DNA of 64,000 nucleotides from a virus (Duplodnaviria; Caudoviricetes): IMG/VR virus record IMGVR_UViG_3300032216_001376, positions 2,081 to 66,080 of that record; one strand, 5' to 3'. Shown piece by piece: positions 62,149 to 64,000 of this stretch (position 1 is its first letter; each line of letters starts with the position of its first letter). The notes under the pieces were generated by a model. It saw only the letters and a program-made list of their open reading frames with translations, ran no database searches and was not told where the DNA came from. The position numbers and the translations under genes were made by a program.

Positions 62149-64000
62149 TTATGTGACCTTTTCTTTTTTCTTTGCTTCAACTAAATAACCCAACGCTCCC
62201 TTAGAATCGGGTGGCAAATCTTCAACATCCACGTTGCGTTTGTGGTGGCGAACCACCTTTAAAAAATTATCTAACACCTTGGCGCCGGCATCGTTCGAGC
62301 CATTACCAAGTCCAGACACAACGTCGGCTGGAATTACAAACTCACCGTTAGCTAACATCGCCGGAATGGAATCAGACGTGCCGTCCCCATCACCAATAAC
62401 GTATGTGTGTTTTAATCCACCTTCGCTATAAAACTCAGGGTTGTGTTGAATTACATTACCGTTTTCGTCCTGTACGCTGTGACCTTCTTTATGGGATTGG
62501 AACGGTGTCATCCCAACCTTTGCGCGCGGTATGCTAGACATTAACCCTTGTAAAAATTTTGCATTGCCTCGGGTTAGTTGGGGATGAAAACTTACAGGCG
62601 CGCCGTCTTCGCCACCCTCTGAGTAACCCATCAAACCACCCTCTGAGTAACCCATCAAACCACCCTCAGCGGCGTTTTGTATTACTTCTAAAGGCGTTGG
62701 CTTGTGCTCTGTAAGTGGTATCAGCGAGTTAATAAACTCTGGAATATTGACCAGTGATATAGAAGAACCCTTGGTAACAGAAGACTTTGGAAGTTCAGTA
62801 TCGTGTGATGTTCCACCACCACTTGCGTAGTGCATTATTCCACCTTGTGCAGCGTTTTCTATTTGCAATAAAGTGTCGTGGTTAAATGTGGGTGTTTGTG
62901 ATGTCGGTATCATATTTTCTGAAAAATTTGGCATTCCTACTAATTTTATTTGTGATCCCTTTGTTACATGCGGTGTAAAATCTGGGCTTTTGTCAGATAA
63001 ACTATTTGACATGTTTTTAATACCGGCGTTTAACCCGGCGATTGCATTTTGATTAGCGGTTTGGTTAGCATTGATAGTATTAGTCAAACCAAGTTGCACA
63101 TTACCAATTGCTGCGGCTAAACTGGCACCCATTGCAACCTGTGATGCAACCTGAGCTTTTTGGTCGTCTGACAATCCTTTTAATGCTTCGTTTGTGGTTT
63201 GTTGGTTTTGCCCAACCGTTGCACTTAAATCACCGATCGCTTTTGTATTTGCAGTATTACCAGCATATGCGTTTGATAAACCTGTATTTACAGTATTGCC
63301 TAAGTTTGTTAAACCTGTGTTTAACCCACTAATTGCATCTAAATTTTGTGCTTGATTAGCATTAATTAAATTGCCAAACTTATCAAATTGGTTTTGATTT
63401 TGTGCTTGATTGGCGTTAATTAAATTGCCAAACTTATCAAATTGTTGTTGATTCTGTGCTTGATTGGCGTTAATTAAATTGCCAAACTTATCAAACTGTT
63501 CTTGATTCTGTGCTTGGTTGGCATTAATTTGATTGCCAAATTTATCAAATTGTTGTTGATTCTGTGCTTGATTAGAGGTTATTAATCTACCGAATTCATC
63601 AAATTGCTTTTGATTTTGGGCTTGATTATTGTTGATAGTACTTGTTAATCCAGTTTGCACATCATTAATAGCTTTATTAATATCCTCGCCCATTTTTACT
63701 CTGTTAGCAACATCTGTTTTTTGAGCATCAGATAACTCATTTAATTTTGTATTAATATCGCCAACAGATGTATTTGTGGCGTTTTGACTTGTTTTTAATT
63801 CATTTAACTGATTATTAATTGGTGTTAAATCTACCGATGGGCTAGTTGGTGTTATAGGGTTAGGGGGCATTACGGGCGGTTCAATAGGCTTAGGTGGTTC
63901 AATAGGCTTAGGTGGTTCAATAGGCTTAGGTGGTTCAATAGGCTTAGGTGGTTCAATAGGCTTAGGTGGTTCAATAGGCTTAGGTGGTTCAATAGGCTTA
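62149..64000 (-). CDS. Repeat-rich virion protein, 5'-truncated (frame open beyond the window end)
   Basis: PKPIEP repeats are in frame with MPPNP...; 18-aa N/Q repeats; C-terminal GDGDGTSDSIPAML.NGEFVIPADVVS.LG.GS..AGA domain. Confidence 0.75.
   Translation of the reverse strand, partial: KPIEPPKPIEPPKPIEPPKPIEPPKPIEPPKPIEPPKPIEPPVMPPNPITPTSPSVDLTPINNQLNELKTSQNATNTSVGDINTKLNELSDAQKTDVANRVKMGEDINKAINDVQTGLTSTINNNQAQNQKQFDEFGRLITSNQAQNQQQFDKFGNQINANQAQNQEQFDKFGNLINANQAQNQQQFDKFGNLINANQAQNQNQFDKFGNLINANQAQNLDAISGLNTGLTNLGNTVNTGLSNAYAGNTANTKAIGDLSATVGQNQQTTNEALKGLSDDQKAQVASQVAMGASLAAAIGNVQLGLTNTINANQTANQNAIAGLNAGIKNMSNSLSDKSPDFTPHVTKGSQIKLVGMPNFSENMIPTSQTPTFNHDTLLQIENAAQGGIMHYASGGGTSHDTELPKSSVTKGSSISLVNIPEFINSLIPLTEHKPTPLEVIQNAAEGGLMGYSEGGLMGYSEGGEDGAPVSFHPQLTRGNAKFLQGLMSSIPRAKVGMTPFQSHKEGHSVQDENGNVIQHNPEFYSEGGLKHTYVIGDGDGTSDSIPAMLANGEFVIPADVVSGLGNGSNDAGAKVLDNFLKVVRHHKRNVDVEDLPPDSKGALGYLVEAKKKEKVT
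63342..63636 (-). repeat. 54-bp coding tandem repeat (INANQAQNQQQFDKFGNL, about 5.5 copies)
   Basis: Seen in both DNA and translation; bounds approximate. Confidence 0.85.
63878..64000 (-). repeat. Perfect 18-bp tandem repeat (GGTTCAATAGGCTTAGGT)n encoding PKPIEP, at least 6.8 copies, cut by the window end
   Basis: Read directly from the sequence. Confidence 0.95.

Noticed and set aside
942-63332. Most antisense or nested ORFs in the six-frame track (for example 17588-18229, 17927-18592, 23502-24143, 48348-48983, 45225-45707)
   Set aside because: They are shadows of real genes or of repeats on the opposite strand or frame, with no RBS and no recognisable motifs.

Overview
This window looks like nearly the whole genome of a tailed dsDNA bacteriophage with a podovirus-like architecture: P22-type portal, scaffold and capsid, a short-tail hub and ejection proteins. 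I found no tape measure, integrase, tRNA or CRISPR array. The late virion, lysis and packaging operon runs on the minus strand from 30935 to 1 and apparently continues from 64000 to 54887. A repeat-rich non-coding control region lies at about 30.98-32.19 kb. It is followed on the plus strand by small early genes, a truncated sigma factor and a replication module (primase-helicase, VRR-NUC, HNH, SNF2 helicase, DUF2800 nuclease, SSB, class II RNR, family A polymerase). Most notable: (1) an apparently split sigma factor (regions 1.2-3 at 36868-37443; a stand-alone region-4-like protein at 45814-46125), matched by two phage promoter classes read directly from the sequence: four perfect TTTGCATTAATATA sites before replication genes and seven GGGCGG-N16-GCATTAATAG-type sites before late genes; (2) three hammerhead ribozymes (one type III, two type II) in the first early transcript; (3) a 1414-aa virion polyprotein built from cassettes joined at AxGG motifs, one with an ADP-ribosyltransferase-like fold; (4) a pair of about 115-bp inverted repeats flanking the early region; (5) a degenerate free-standing intein/LAGLIDADG gene abutting terL, with the probable terS displaced 18 kb away; (6) a glycosyltransferase cluster inside the tail module. 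All protein assignments come from motif recognition by eye; no database search was run.
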